Source: Candidatus Woesearchaeota archaeon
GTDB taxonomy: Archaea > Nanobdellota > Nanobdellia > Pacearchaeales > GW2011-AR1
Length of the DNA stretch: 28,336 nucleotides
Reading direction: 5' to 3'
Assembly: GCA_964530955.1 (NCBI GenBank)
Contig: CAZHCL010000013.1
Location: forward strand, 1-28,336
Under the pieces are notes generated by a model. That model made no database searches. It was not told where the DNA came from and saw only the letters and a program-made list of their open reading frames with translations. Position 1 is the first letter of the stretch. The number at the start of each line of letters is the position of its first letter. Below, piece after piece: positions 8,714-16,868 of the stretch. Both the position numbers and the translations under genes were made by a program.

Positions 8714-9118
8714 ATGGAAGAAGGAACACAAAAAACTTTGAAAATAACTGCAGTTATTCTTGCAGTAATAATTATATTGCTCCTTATCTTTGTAGTTATT
8801 AGAACATTTACAAATTCTAAAAATCAGACTCCCTCCAATAATATTAACACTGCTCTACAAAACAATCAAAAGGTGAATAATGTTGCTATAAACCCTAATA
8901 CCTCTAAGCCCCCTGTTGTAAATTCAAGTAATCAGACTTCCAATATAAATGGAGCGCCTTCTCCTTTGCCGACTCCTCCTAGTGATCCTAATAGCGCGCC
9001 CGTTGTGGATACAAGAGCAGATTCACCTGCGACTCCTCCTGCTGGTAGTTCGGACTCTGCTCCGGTTGTGGATACAAGAGCAAATTCACCTGCGACTCCT
9101 CCTGCTGGTTATAGTTGA
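8714..9118 (+). CDS. Small single-TM protein with Asn/Pro/Ser/Thr-rich tail and 21-aa tandem repeat
   Basis: TM ITAVILAVIIILLLIFVVI; SAPVVDTRA(D/N)SPATPPAG occurs twice. Confidence 0.75.
   Translation: MEEGTQKTLKITAVILAVIIILLLIFVVIRTFTNSKNQTPSNNINTALQNNQKVNNVAINPNTSKPPVVNSSNQTSNINGAPSPLPTPPSDPNSAPVVDTRADSPATPPAGSSDSAPVVDTRANSPATPPAGYS
9002..9109 (+). repeat. Tandem repeat, period 63 bp
   Basis: 9002-9046 and 9065-9109 match at 44 of 45 nt; a degenerate partial unit (GACTCCTCCT) lies upstream near 8970. Confidence 0.9.
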
Positions 9119-9172
9119 TAATAATCTATTACGCACATAAAACTTTATTAATGGAGTAATTTTGATAATTTC

Positions 9173-9577
9173 ATGCCATACAAATGTGTTCATTGCTCGC
9201 AAATATTCAAAGACGGCTCGGAAGAATTGATTACAGGATGTACAAATTGCAGGAGTAAATTTTTCTTTTTCATAAAAGAAGAAAAACTGAAGGAAATGGC
9301 TGAGAGGGGAGAGCTTGAGCCTAAATTAAGCGATAGTGAAAAGAAACAGATAGAAGAGGATATAAGAGACATTGTAGGGCTTGAAGATGACAATGAAACT
9401 CCCGTATTTCTCGATTTTGAAAGCATTAAAGTAATGAAGCCAGGAAAATATTTACTTGATTTGCAGAAACTTTTCTCTATGGACAAGCCAAGAGTTTATC
9501 AGATTGAAAATGGAAAATATATAGTTGATTTGACAAAACCTTTTAAGCTGACCAAAAAAGAAGGCTCGGCAGATTAA
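9173..9577 (+). CDS. oapC: Zn-ribbon protein (DUF2072/OapC-type)
   Basis: MPYKCVHC...GCTNC.SKFFFF at the N-terminus and ESIKVMKPGKYLLDLQKLF downstream, typical of the family linked to the GTPase and DUF2073. Confidence 0.75.
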   Translation: MPYKCVHCSQIFKDGSEELITGCTNCRSKFFFFIKEEKLKEMAERGELEPKLSDSEKKQIEEDIRDIVGLEDDNETPVFLDFESIKVMKPGKYLLDLQKLFSMDKPRVYQIENGKYIVDLTKPFKLTKKEGSAD

Positions 9578-9606
9578 TTTAAATATAATGATTAATAGTA
9601 TGATTA

Positions 9607-10875
9607 ATGAGCGTGAAAAATATTCTAGCGGAACTTTCTCTTTTGCCTGATAAGTCTGAAATATCTTCTTTAAAAAAGGAAGCAGCAAAATTTTGTGGTA
9701 TGCTTAAAGATGAAATATCAAGACAAAAGATAGATGCAGATATTTTTATCGGTGGAAGTTTTGCAAAGGGGACATTAGTAAAAAAAGAGGGATATGATAT
9801 TGATATATTCGTGAGATTTGACTGGGAGTACGAAAACTTAAGCAGTTATCTAGATAATATTATCAAGAATGTATGTAAGAAAAACAAGATTAGATATGAA
9901 AAAATTCATGGGAGCAGAGATTATTTCAAAATAAATAAAGAAGGCATTCTGTTTGAGGTGATACCTGTCCTTAGAGTTAAAAATCCAAGAGAAGAAAGAA
10001 ATGTAACTGATCTAAGTTACTTTCATGTAAGGTACATAAAAAGCAAAATAAATTCAAGATTGGCTGCTGAAATTGCTGCTGCTAAAACTTTTTGCAGAGC
10101 GCATGGAGTTTATGGGGCTGAAAGCTATATTCAAGGATTTTCAGGGTATGCTCTTGAATGTTTAATTTTGCAATATAAAAGCTTTGAGAAAATGCTCAGA
10201 GAACTATTGAAAGCTAAGGAAAGAATAATCTTGGATCCTGCTAAAAAATATAAAGATAAAAATGAAATTTTTATTTCTCTTAATGAAGGAAAACTACAGA
10301 GCCCGATAATATTAATTGATCCTACCTGGAAGGAGAGGAACGTTCTTGCAGCTCTAAGTCTGGAGACATTTAATAGGTTTAAGGAATCAGCCAGAGAATT
10401 CTTGAAGAGACCTTCCATTAGTTATTTCAGTGAAAAGAAATTTGATGTTAATGAGATGAAAAAAGAAGCTAAAAGAAGTAAAGCAGAGTTACTTCATTTT
10501 ATAATTAGCACTGAAAAACAATCGGGAGACATTGCTGGAACAAAGATGAAGAAGTTCACTAACTTTGTTGTATGTGAAATTGAGCAGTATTTCGAAATAA
10601 AAAGGAAGGAATTTATCTATAATAACAAGCAGGAAGCAAATGTCTACTTTATCTTGAAGTCAAAAGGAGAGATAGTTAGGATAGGCCCTCCTTCAAAAAT
10701 GAAAGATGCCTGCGCAGCTTTCAAAAAAGCAAATAAAAATGTTTTTGAAAAAAATGGTAATTTACATGCCACAATAAAGGCTAATTTTTCTCCTAAACAA
10801 TTTATGCTTCAATGGACTAAAAAATATTCCAAAAAGATAAAAGAAATGGATATTGCAAAGATTGAAATAAAATAA
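9607..10875 (+). CDS. cca: Archaeal class I CCA-adding enzyme
   Basis: GGSFAKGT...YDIDIF nucleotidyltransferase motif; YGAE..I.GFSGY..E.L; IILIDP....RNV.AALS. Confidence 0.93.
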   Translation: MSVKNILAELSLLPDKSEISSLKKEAAKFCGMLKDEISRQKIDADIFIGGSFAKGTLVKKEGYDIDIFVRFDWEYENLSSYLDNIIKNVCKKNKIRYEKIHGSRDYFKINKEGILFEVIPVLRVKNPREERNVTDLSYFHVRYIKSKINSRLAAEIAAAKTFCRAHGVYGAESYIQGFSGYALECLILQYKSFEKMLRELLKAKERIILDPAKKYKDKNEIFISLNEGKLQSPIILIDPTWKERNVLAALSLETFNRFKESAREFLKRPSISYFSEKKFDVNEMKKEAKRSKAELLHFIISTEKQSGDIAGTKMKKFTNFVVCEIEQYFEIKRKEFIYNNKQEANVYFILKSKGEIVRIGPPSKMKDACAAFKKANKNVFEKNGNLHATIKANFSPKQFMLQWTKKYSKKIKEMDIAKIEIK

Positions 10876-10878
10876 AAA

Positions 10879-11187
10879 TTAATAACTATCTCTTTCATAC
10901 ATCGAAGAATATCTAAGAACTTTTCTAAGTGGAATGCTCAGATGACCTTTTTTTCTGAAGCCTAAAACATTTCCTATTACTTTGTGAGTATATACTTCTA
11001 AACTTCTATTGGGAAGATTGGTTTTTTGATTATTATTGTTTCCTAATCCTAGAACATAAAATACCTGGGTTCTTTCTACCAATCCTCCAAAAAAATTAGT
11101 ATCTCTAAATGTTACTTGAGCGATATCAGAATAACTTCTTTCTTTACGCATTTCCTCAGTCACGATAGGTAAATCAGAAAGGTCCAT
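10879..11187 (-). CDS. Hypothetical protein (102 aa)
   Basis: ORF fills the gap between cca and the TrmB gene, starting 1 nt after the TrmB stop; no recognisable motif. Confidence 0.55.
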   Translation of the reverse strand: MDLSDLPIVTEEMRKERSYSDIAQVTFRDTNFFGGLVERTQVFYVLGLGNNNNQKTNLPNRSLEVYTHKVIGNVLGFRKKGHLSIPLRKVLRYSSMYERDSY

Positions 11188-11188
11188 T

Positions 11189-11986
11189 TTATTGTTTTAC
11201 TAATCCGGAACCATTCTTCATTGAATAATCTATCATCTGAGTGATTGAAGATGTGAAAAATGGAGATTGAAGCCAGACACCCATTTCTTCCTCTGAATGC
11301 TCTGGAGTAACCATAAAGAATGTTTCTTTCCTATCAGAGATATAGAATCTTGCATTTGAATCAATGGACTTTACTTTTATATTGTGTTTTGCGCCTATTT
11401 TCTTTATTTTCTCTGCATCGCCTGAGAGTGAAAGCTTTATCTTTATATTTTGCTTGTTCAAGTTTTCAAGTGCTGGAACAAGTACTCTGCTTTTATCCTC
11501 AAAGTCTGAAACTGATGTGCATATAATTACTTCATTCTTTGCATTATCAAGTAAATCACGCAATCTTGCCATGATGTTTGCTCTTCCTTTCAATGAGCCA
11601 GTTATATCATGAGATTTTATAGGGGCAATTCCAGAATTATGCAAGCTTTCAAGCTCAGTATATTCTGAAGTTGTCTTAAGAGTTGAGAGAGAGTTTACTT
11701 TTTCCTGTGCTTCCTGCATAACTGAAGTTTTCATCTTTTCAATTATTTCAGTAGGTTTTACAGAAATATATTTTACTGGCTTGCCTATCTTTGTCATTGC
11801 GAATCCCATTTTCTCAAGTGACTCTAAAACATCATAGGTTCTTGATCTTGGAACTCCAGACAAATCAGCTACTTCTCTTGCAGAAGCGATGCCTCTTGAA
11901 AGCAATGCTAGCCAGACCTTAGCTTCATAAATATTAAGATTAAAGTAATCCTTTATTCTCTTGACCAATTCAGGTTTTATTATCAT
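11189..11986 (-). CDS. TrmB-family transcriptional regulator
   Basis: LNIYEAKVWLALL...A.EVADLSGVPRSRTYDVLESLEKMGF winged HTH; C-terminal PLD-like effector domain. Confidence 0.9.
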   Translation of the reverse strand: MIIKPELVKRIKDYFNLNIYEAKVWLALLSRGIASAREVADLSGVPRSRTYDVLESLEKMGFAMTKIGKPVKYISVKPTEIIEKMKTSVMQEAQEKVNSLSTLKTTSEYTELESLHNSGIAPIKSHDITGSLKGRANIMARLRDLLDNAKNEVIICTSVSDFEDKSRVLVPALENLNKQNIKIKLSLSGDAEKIKKIGAKHNIKVKSIDSNARFYISDRKETFFMVTPEHSEEEMGVWLQSPFFTSSITQMIDYSMKNGSGLVKQ

Positions 11987-12052
11987 GCAATAGTGATGAA
12001 ATAAACACTATTTAAATCTTTCTCTTTGTACTATTATATAGTTACAACACTT

Positions 12053-12976
12053 CTAAATAATGTATGCTAGTGCCAGTGCAATAAAGCAACCTATGGAGAT
12101 GAAAGGCATTGCCGGATAGAACTTGCCTTTCTCTGAAAAGTAGAATAATACTGCCAGTGCAATTGTTGCTCCTATTGAAATCATTAATGCTGGAATCAAT
12201 CCTAGGGTGTTAAGGACAACTCCTGCAAGAATCATTGGGAAAACTACATCTCCTCCGCCTAAAATAGCGACACTGACCTTAAGATTCTTTACCTTTTTGT
12301 TTTTTGATATTCGTGAATTCCTAACCAGGTCTTTTTCTTTCCTTCCAAGATAGGGAATAAAAAATCCTGAGAAAATCTTAAGCTGTTTTATCTGATATTT
12401 GGCCATCTTTTGCATACTTCCTGAATGCCAGACCGCATACATATCGTATAATGAAATTAATACCAGAAGCAGAGAGACTGTCCAGACGTTAAGAAGAGGA
12501 ACAAATATTGCTGCAATTCCTGGATAAATTAGAACTTCAGTTATGTTATGAACTATTATATTTCTTTGAAAAACTTTAATTAGGGCGAAGGGAAGCGCGA
12601 CTATTAATGCGATTATTGAGGAATAGGCTACATTCTGAATTAAAGAGTTTATCGTGATTCCAAGTGCTAGGGTAATGACAAACAAAAACCATATTCTTAG
12701 GAATACATTAGCCCCGAATTTCATAAGGAAAAACATTGCTAGTGCTGCAATTATTACTGCAAGGACTATTGAAATGAGATTTACATTGGCGTCAGTGCCC
12801 TGGGGTGGAGCCATTCCGTAAGGAAGGTTATAATTTGTTACATTCACTATTGTGCCATTTGCGTCTGTTGTCTGACTTATTGTTGGAGAATACGAATGAA
12901 TAACTGCAAGTCCGACTAGCTGAGATAGAAAGAACATGGCAAGCAAGATTAATGTTATTTTAAGAGAATGCTTCAT
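12053..12976 (-). CDS. Presenilin/SPP-like GxGD intramembrane aspartyl protease (archaeal PSH type)
   Basis: Multi-TM; catalytic YD (LYDMYAVW), LGGGD and PAL-like PAMPF motifs. Confidence 0.88.
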   Translation of the reverse strand: MKHSLKITLILLAMFFLSQLVGLAVIHSYSPTISQTTDANGTIVNVTNYNLPYGMAPPQGTDANVNLISIVLAVIIAALAMFFLMKFGANVFLRIWFLFVITLALGITINSLIQNVAYSSIIALIVALPFALIKVFQRNIIVHNITEVLIYPGIAAIFVPLLNVWTVSLLLVLISLYDMYAVWHSGSMQKMAKYQIKQLKIFSGFFIPYLGRKEKDLVRNSRISKNKKVKNLKVSVAILGGGDVVFPMILAGVVLNTLGLIPALMISIGATIALAVLFYFSEKGKFYPAMPFISIGCFIALALAYII

Positions 12977-13024
12977 TATAGGGTTTGGAGAAGATGGTTT
13001 TTAATACTTTGGAAAAATTAGTTT

Positions 13025-13852
13025 CTAAAATTTATTTTTATGGGTGTTCTTTTTACTTGTAACTTTGCTCAAAGAAATCACAAGTTTTTCCATAAACTTA
13101 TTCCTTAACCTAGGATTAATATCCAAAAGAGAGAGATAAGGGCACCAATCTTCAATTTCCATAAGCAGAAGACTGCCGTCTCTTGTCCTGCAAGCATCAA
13201 TCCTCTGTATTCCATAGGGAAGATTGTTCAAATTCACAAAACTTTGAGCAAAAGCTCTATCTTTTTTATTTACTTTAAGTTCTTTTAATTTCCAACGCTT
13301 CTTTTTATCGGGTGCGTAAAGAGCATAAATAAATTTATTATCTATAAAGTAAAACGACACTTCATATTTGAAATCTAAAAAAGGCTGAACAATATACTTT
13401 TGAAAATCTACCTTTCTTATATCTTTAGCTAATATCTTTTTGCACCCTTCTCTGCCACCGCCATGTTTTGGCTTAATAAAGTAAAAATTCTGTCCAGATA
13501 TCAAATCAGAATCTAATTTTTCATCAATGGAAGGTATGACTGGAAAACCTTTCTTGTAAAGATAAACTAAATACTCCTTCCCGATAATATCTTCTTCATT
13601 TATTCCTGGATTGTATATAGTCATTCCTTTTTTAATCAATGAAGAAAGTATTTTTCTATCTTGGGCTAAAAAATTGCTAGTTGGCCAAATATTTCTGATC
13701 AATATTAAGTCAGAAGTTTTAGCCATATCTTCGCATTTATTGATGTTTGATACTTGAACTATAAATTTCTTTTTTAGATATTTTGCCAAGAATAAATCTT
13801 CTTTACGGCCTTCTGCTTTTTTACCTGTTAATAGCAATATTCTCTTTTTCAT
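13025..13852 (-). CDS. ATP-grasp ligase (RimK/glutathione synthetase-like)
   Basis: FPVIP...IKPKHGGG, YIVQPFL..E.S..F, RID and LLLMEIE motifs of the ATP-grasp fold. Confidence 0.8.
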   Translation of the reverse strand: MKKRILLLTGKKAEGRKEDLFLAKYLKKKFIVQVSNINKCEDMAKTSDLILIRNIWPTSNFLAQDRKILSSLIKKGMTIYNPGINEEDIIGKEYLVYLYKKGFPVIPSIDEKLDSDLISGQNFYFIKPKHGGGREGCKKILAKDIRKVDFQKYIVQPFLDFKYEVSFYFIDNKFIYALYAPDKKKRWKLKELKVNKKDRAFAQSFVNLNNLPYGIQRIDACRTRDGSLLLMEIEDWCPYLSLLDINPRLRNKFMEKLVISLSKVTSKKNTHKNKF

Positions 13853-13894
13853 GAATAAATTAAAGTAAGATAATATAAAAGTCTATCTTATTGA

Positions 13895-15787
13895 TCACTT
13901 TAATCTTACTGTCTCGAGATTTCTTGGAACAATGGTTTCAATTTTGTTCTGCTTGTAGAGAGTAGATGCAAGGTCGAGACATTTGGAAACTTCTCCATGA
14001 TTAATAATAATTTTCTTTGGCCTTGGAACCATTCTTGCTATATACTGCATTAGCTCGTTTCTTCCTGAATGTTGGGAAAGACCAACTAAAGTTTCGACTT
14101 CTAGCTTGACTGTTATTTTTTCTCCATCTGCGCCTTCTCCTAGGATGAGGTCAGAATTTCCTTCCTGAACTTGCCTTCCTAGAGAGCCTATTGCCTGATA
14201 ACATGCGAAGACAATCATGTTGTTTGGATTATCCGCAAGATGCCTGAAATATTCTACTGAAGCTCCGCCCACGAGCATTCCTGAAGTTGCAATTATTATA
14301 CATGGGCCTCCTTCAATTACCTGTTTTCTTTCGGCAGGACTGCCAACTCTTTTGAATATATCTGAAATGAATGGATTGTTATCCTGAAATATTTGATTTC
14401 TCACTGAAGAGCTAAGGAAATCAGGATAGGCTGTATGAATTGCTGTGATGTCCCAAATCATTCCATCAATATATACTGGAACTTTTGGAAGCTCTCCAAG
14501 TCTGACTGCTTCTTCAACTCTTAGCAATGTTTCCTGTGCATGTCCAAGACCTAATTCGGGAAGAAGTATTTTCCCTTTTCTCTCGATAACTTTTTTAGCC
14601 ATTTCAATGAATTTCATTTCTGTTTCTTTTCTTGGAGGAAGAACATCATCTCTGCTTCCGTATGTTGATTCTATTGTTAAAGTTTCAACTCTTGGGAAAT
14701 GATTTACTGCGGGATCAAGCAATCTTGTCTTTCCATACTTAGTGTCTGCGCCATAAACAAAATTATGTAATCCGTTCCCGATATTTATGTGCACCTGAGC
14801 AGAGCCAAGTACGTGCCCTGCGTTGTAGAAAGTTATTCTTATATCTGGAGTAATATCAGTTACCTCTCCATAATCTAGGCTTATCGAATGTCTTACCATT
14901 TCCTTAATATCTTCTGCTCTGTAAAGAGGAGAAGCTGCTTGTTTGTAGGCTACTCCGACAAAATCAAGTGCAAGAAGCGCTGAAATATCTCTTGTGGGCT
15001 CGGTCATGTAGACAGGTCCTTTGTAACCCATTTTGTAAAGATAAGGAAGAAGTCCGCAGTGGTCAAGGTGTGCGTGTGAAAGAACTACTGCATCTATTGA
15101 ATTCAAATCTCCGACTTCAGGAACATTAAGATATGGAAATTTATCTGGTCCTTCTGAAATCGCTGGATTTATTCCGCAATCTAAAAGAACTTTTGAATTT
15201 GGAGTTTGCAGCAAAAGGCATGAACGACCTACTTGTCTTCCCGAACCAAGATAGGTAACTCTAACCCACATATCTTTTTTCTCAGGATTCCACTCGTTGT
15301 ATATTTTCTTTCCTATATCATTAAGAAATTTTTTTCTATACACGTTATTTGCGTATAAAACAGATCTTATTTTTTCAGTAATTTTGCTTGGAATTATAGG
15401 ACTTCTTCTAACTGAAGGAGACCAGAAAGTGCTTTTCTTTATGTCATAAAGAATTGAACCTTGTTTTCCTATGACTAGCCCTGGTTTTTTCGCTTCTACT
15501 ATTACTGAAGATCTCTGGACATCGAAAATGACGCTCGTTATCTCCGCGTCTTCAGGAACTAGAGCACGAATTGTTTTTTCAGTCTCTTGCTCGGAAAGAA
15601 GGATTGACTGCTCTGCTCTAAGCTCTATTCTTTTTTTTATCTTATCAACTACTGCTTTGACCTTGCTTTCTCCAGTCTTAAAGAACTCTTTATCTTCTGT
15701 GTAAAGAACTATGTTCGCTCCTTCAAATGCCGCGTCACTTATTACTTTAGGTAATTCTTCCTTAATGCTTTTCAAAATATCTGCCAT
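13895..15787 (-). CDS. fttA: aCPSF1/FttA KH-beta-CASP ribonuclease (transcription termination factor)
   Basis: N-terminal KH domains (FEGANIVLYT; PGLVIGKQG), HAHLDH MBL motif, AGHVLGS, ESTYG, SQHSGR and INHGE; adjacent to proteasome beta. Confidence 0.95.
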   Translation of the reverse strand: MADILKSIKEELPKVISDAAFEGANIVLYTEDKEFFKTGESKVKAVVDKIKKRIELRAEQSILLSEQETEKTIRALVPEDAEITSVIFDVQRSSVIVEAKKPGLVIGKQGSILYDIKKSTFWSPSVRRSPIIPSKITEKIRSVLYANNVYRKKFLNDIGKKIYNEWNPEKKDMWVRVTYLGSGRQVGRSCLLLQTPNSKVLLDCGINPAISEGPDKFPYLNVPEVGDLNSIDAVVLSHAHLDHCGLLPYLYKMGYKGPVYMTEPTRDISALLALDFVGVAYKQAASPLYRAEDIKEMVRHSISLDYGEVTDITPDIRITFYNAGHVLGSAQVHINIGNGLHNFVYGADTKYGKTRLLDPAVNHFPRVETLTIESTYGSRDDVLPPRKETEMKFIEMAKKVIERKGKILLPELGLGHAQETLLRVEEAVRLGELPKVPVYIDGMIWDITAIHTAYPDFLSSSVRNQIFQDNNPFISDIFKRVGSPAERKQVIEGGPCIIIATSGMLVGGASVEYFRHLADNPNNMIVFACYQAIGSLGRQVQEGNSDLILGEGADGEKITVKLEVETLVGLSQHSGRNELMQYIARMVPRPKKIIINHGEVSKCLDLASTLYKQNKIETIVPRNLETVRLK

Positions 15788-15809
15788 TTTAAATTAAATA
15801 ATAAAGTTA

Positions 15810-16478
15810 TTACTTAGAATCTTTCTCTTCGTAAACGAACTTTTTGTCTACAACTTGCTCGACTTTGCCTTTTCTTATTACGTACAAATCTATTCCTTCA
15901 CCGACTCCAGGATCTCGTGCCATAGAAGCCCTAATACATTTAACTGCTAATTTTATTCCATCCTCTATACTCATACCTTTTGAATATTCTGAGTCAAGAA
16001 TAGGATCTGCCTGAACCATTCCCGAACCAGTTGCAGCATAATCCTGGACTTCTTTGAGATATCCATCTGGAGAGATATCAAATATATGCAATCCTGTTTC
16101 GTCGTAGCCTGCAGCCATGAAATGAGCTATACTTGGAATCATGCTTGGAGTTCTTATGTTTTGAAATAGCATATTTGAAGCCAAAGAAGCAGCTTCATTT
16201 ACAGATACTTTTCTCTTTGTTCTAAGTTCTTTTAACCTTAATTCTGCCTTCAAAATAGATATTGTTTTTAGTGCATCTGAAACGGTTCCAGCCATGGTCA
16301 ATACTATTCTTTCATTTAGCTCAATCACTTTCTTTGCTGACCTTGCTATATAAGATACTCCGCCCCCACCACCTAAAGAAACTTTTCTATCTGCTCCTAT
16401 TACTACTCCATCCTTGCAGACAATTCCTATTGTCAAAGTGCCTGTTTTCAAAACTGAATCTTGTATTTCGTTATTCAT
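15810..16478 (-). CDS. psmB: Proteasome beta subunit
   Basis: Propeptide ending ...LKTG|TLTIG (Thr1 nucleophile), GVVIGAD, AG.V.DA, ATGSG. Confidence 0.95.
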   Translation of the reverse strand: MNNEIQDSVLKTGTLTIGIVCKDGVVIGADRKVSLGGGGGVSYIARSAKKVIELNERIVLTMAGTVSDALKTISILKAELRLKELRTKRKVSVNEAASLASNMLFQNIRTPSMIPSIAHFMAAGYDETGLHIFDISPDGYLKEVQDYAATGSGMVQADPILDSEYSKGMSIEDGIKLAVKCIRASMARDPGVGEGIDLYVIRKGKVEQVVDKKFVYEEKDSK

Positions 16479-16564
16479 GAGAATGATAAAACCCCTACCT
16501 TGTTTTGAGAAATAAGAGGTATTTAAATTTTTGGTTTTGATAAATTTGCTTTCCCGATGATTAA

Positions 16565-16825
16565 TTAATGAGAAATTTTATTATCCCGAACATAGGCTGA
16601 AAGCCATTTTATATTTCTCATTGTAGGCTTTTGGTCAAGGATCCCTTCTTTGTAGAGAGGCAGGAGAGCTTCAATTTCTCTTCTTTTTCTATCCCTCTCT
16701 TTTTTATAATTATAAGTTAATTCTCCTATCTTATAGACTCCTGCAACATATACTACTGTGCCCGCAAGCTGAAAAGAGAATTTCAAATAAAAATCATATT
16801 CCTTAAGAACTTCTTCAAGACTCAT
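16565..16825 (-). CDS. Hypothetical small protein with one hydrophobic segment (86 aa)
   Basis: Fills the intergenic space; has its own TATA-like element around 16845-16852; no known motif. Confidence 0.55.
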   Translation of the reverse strand: MSLEEVLKEYDFYLKFSFQLAGTVVYVAGVYKIGELTYNYKKERDRKRREIEALLPLYKEGILDQKPTMRNIKWLSAYVRDNKISH

Positions 16826-16868
16826 AAGATTTTACGTATCATTTTATTTATAAATATTTAGATAAAAA

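Noticed and set aside
5947-9577. Replication origin near the oap-like genes
   Set aside because: No cdc6/orc1 gene, ORB-like repeats or long AT-rich intergenic region in this window; cannot be supported.
4128-10418. Antisense or alternative-frame ORFs 4128..4361, 5935..6318, 8949..9140, 9190..9486, 9452..9688 and 10131..10418
   Set aside because: They overlap well-supported genes. The repeat in 8949..9140 only mirrors the 63-bp DNA duplication.
16360-16377. Gly run (GGGGG) in proteasome beta as a slippage/phase-variation tract
   Set aside because: Encoded by mixed codons rather than a homopolymer, and the catalytic Thr1, Asp and Lys positions look intact.
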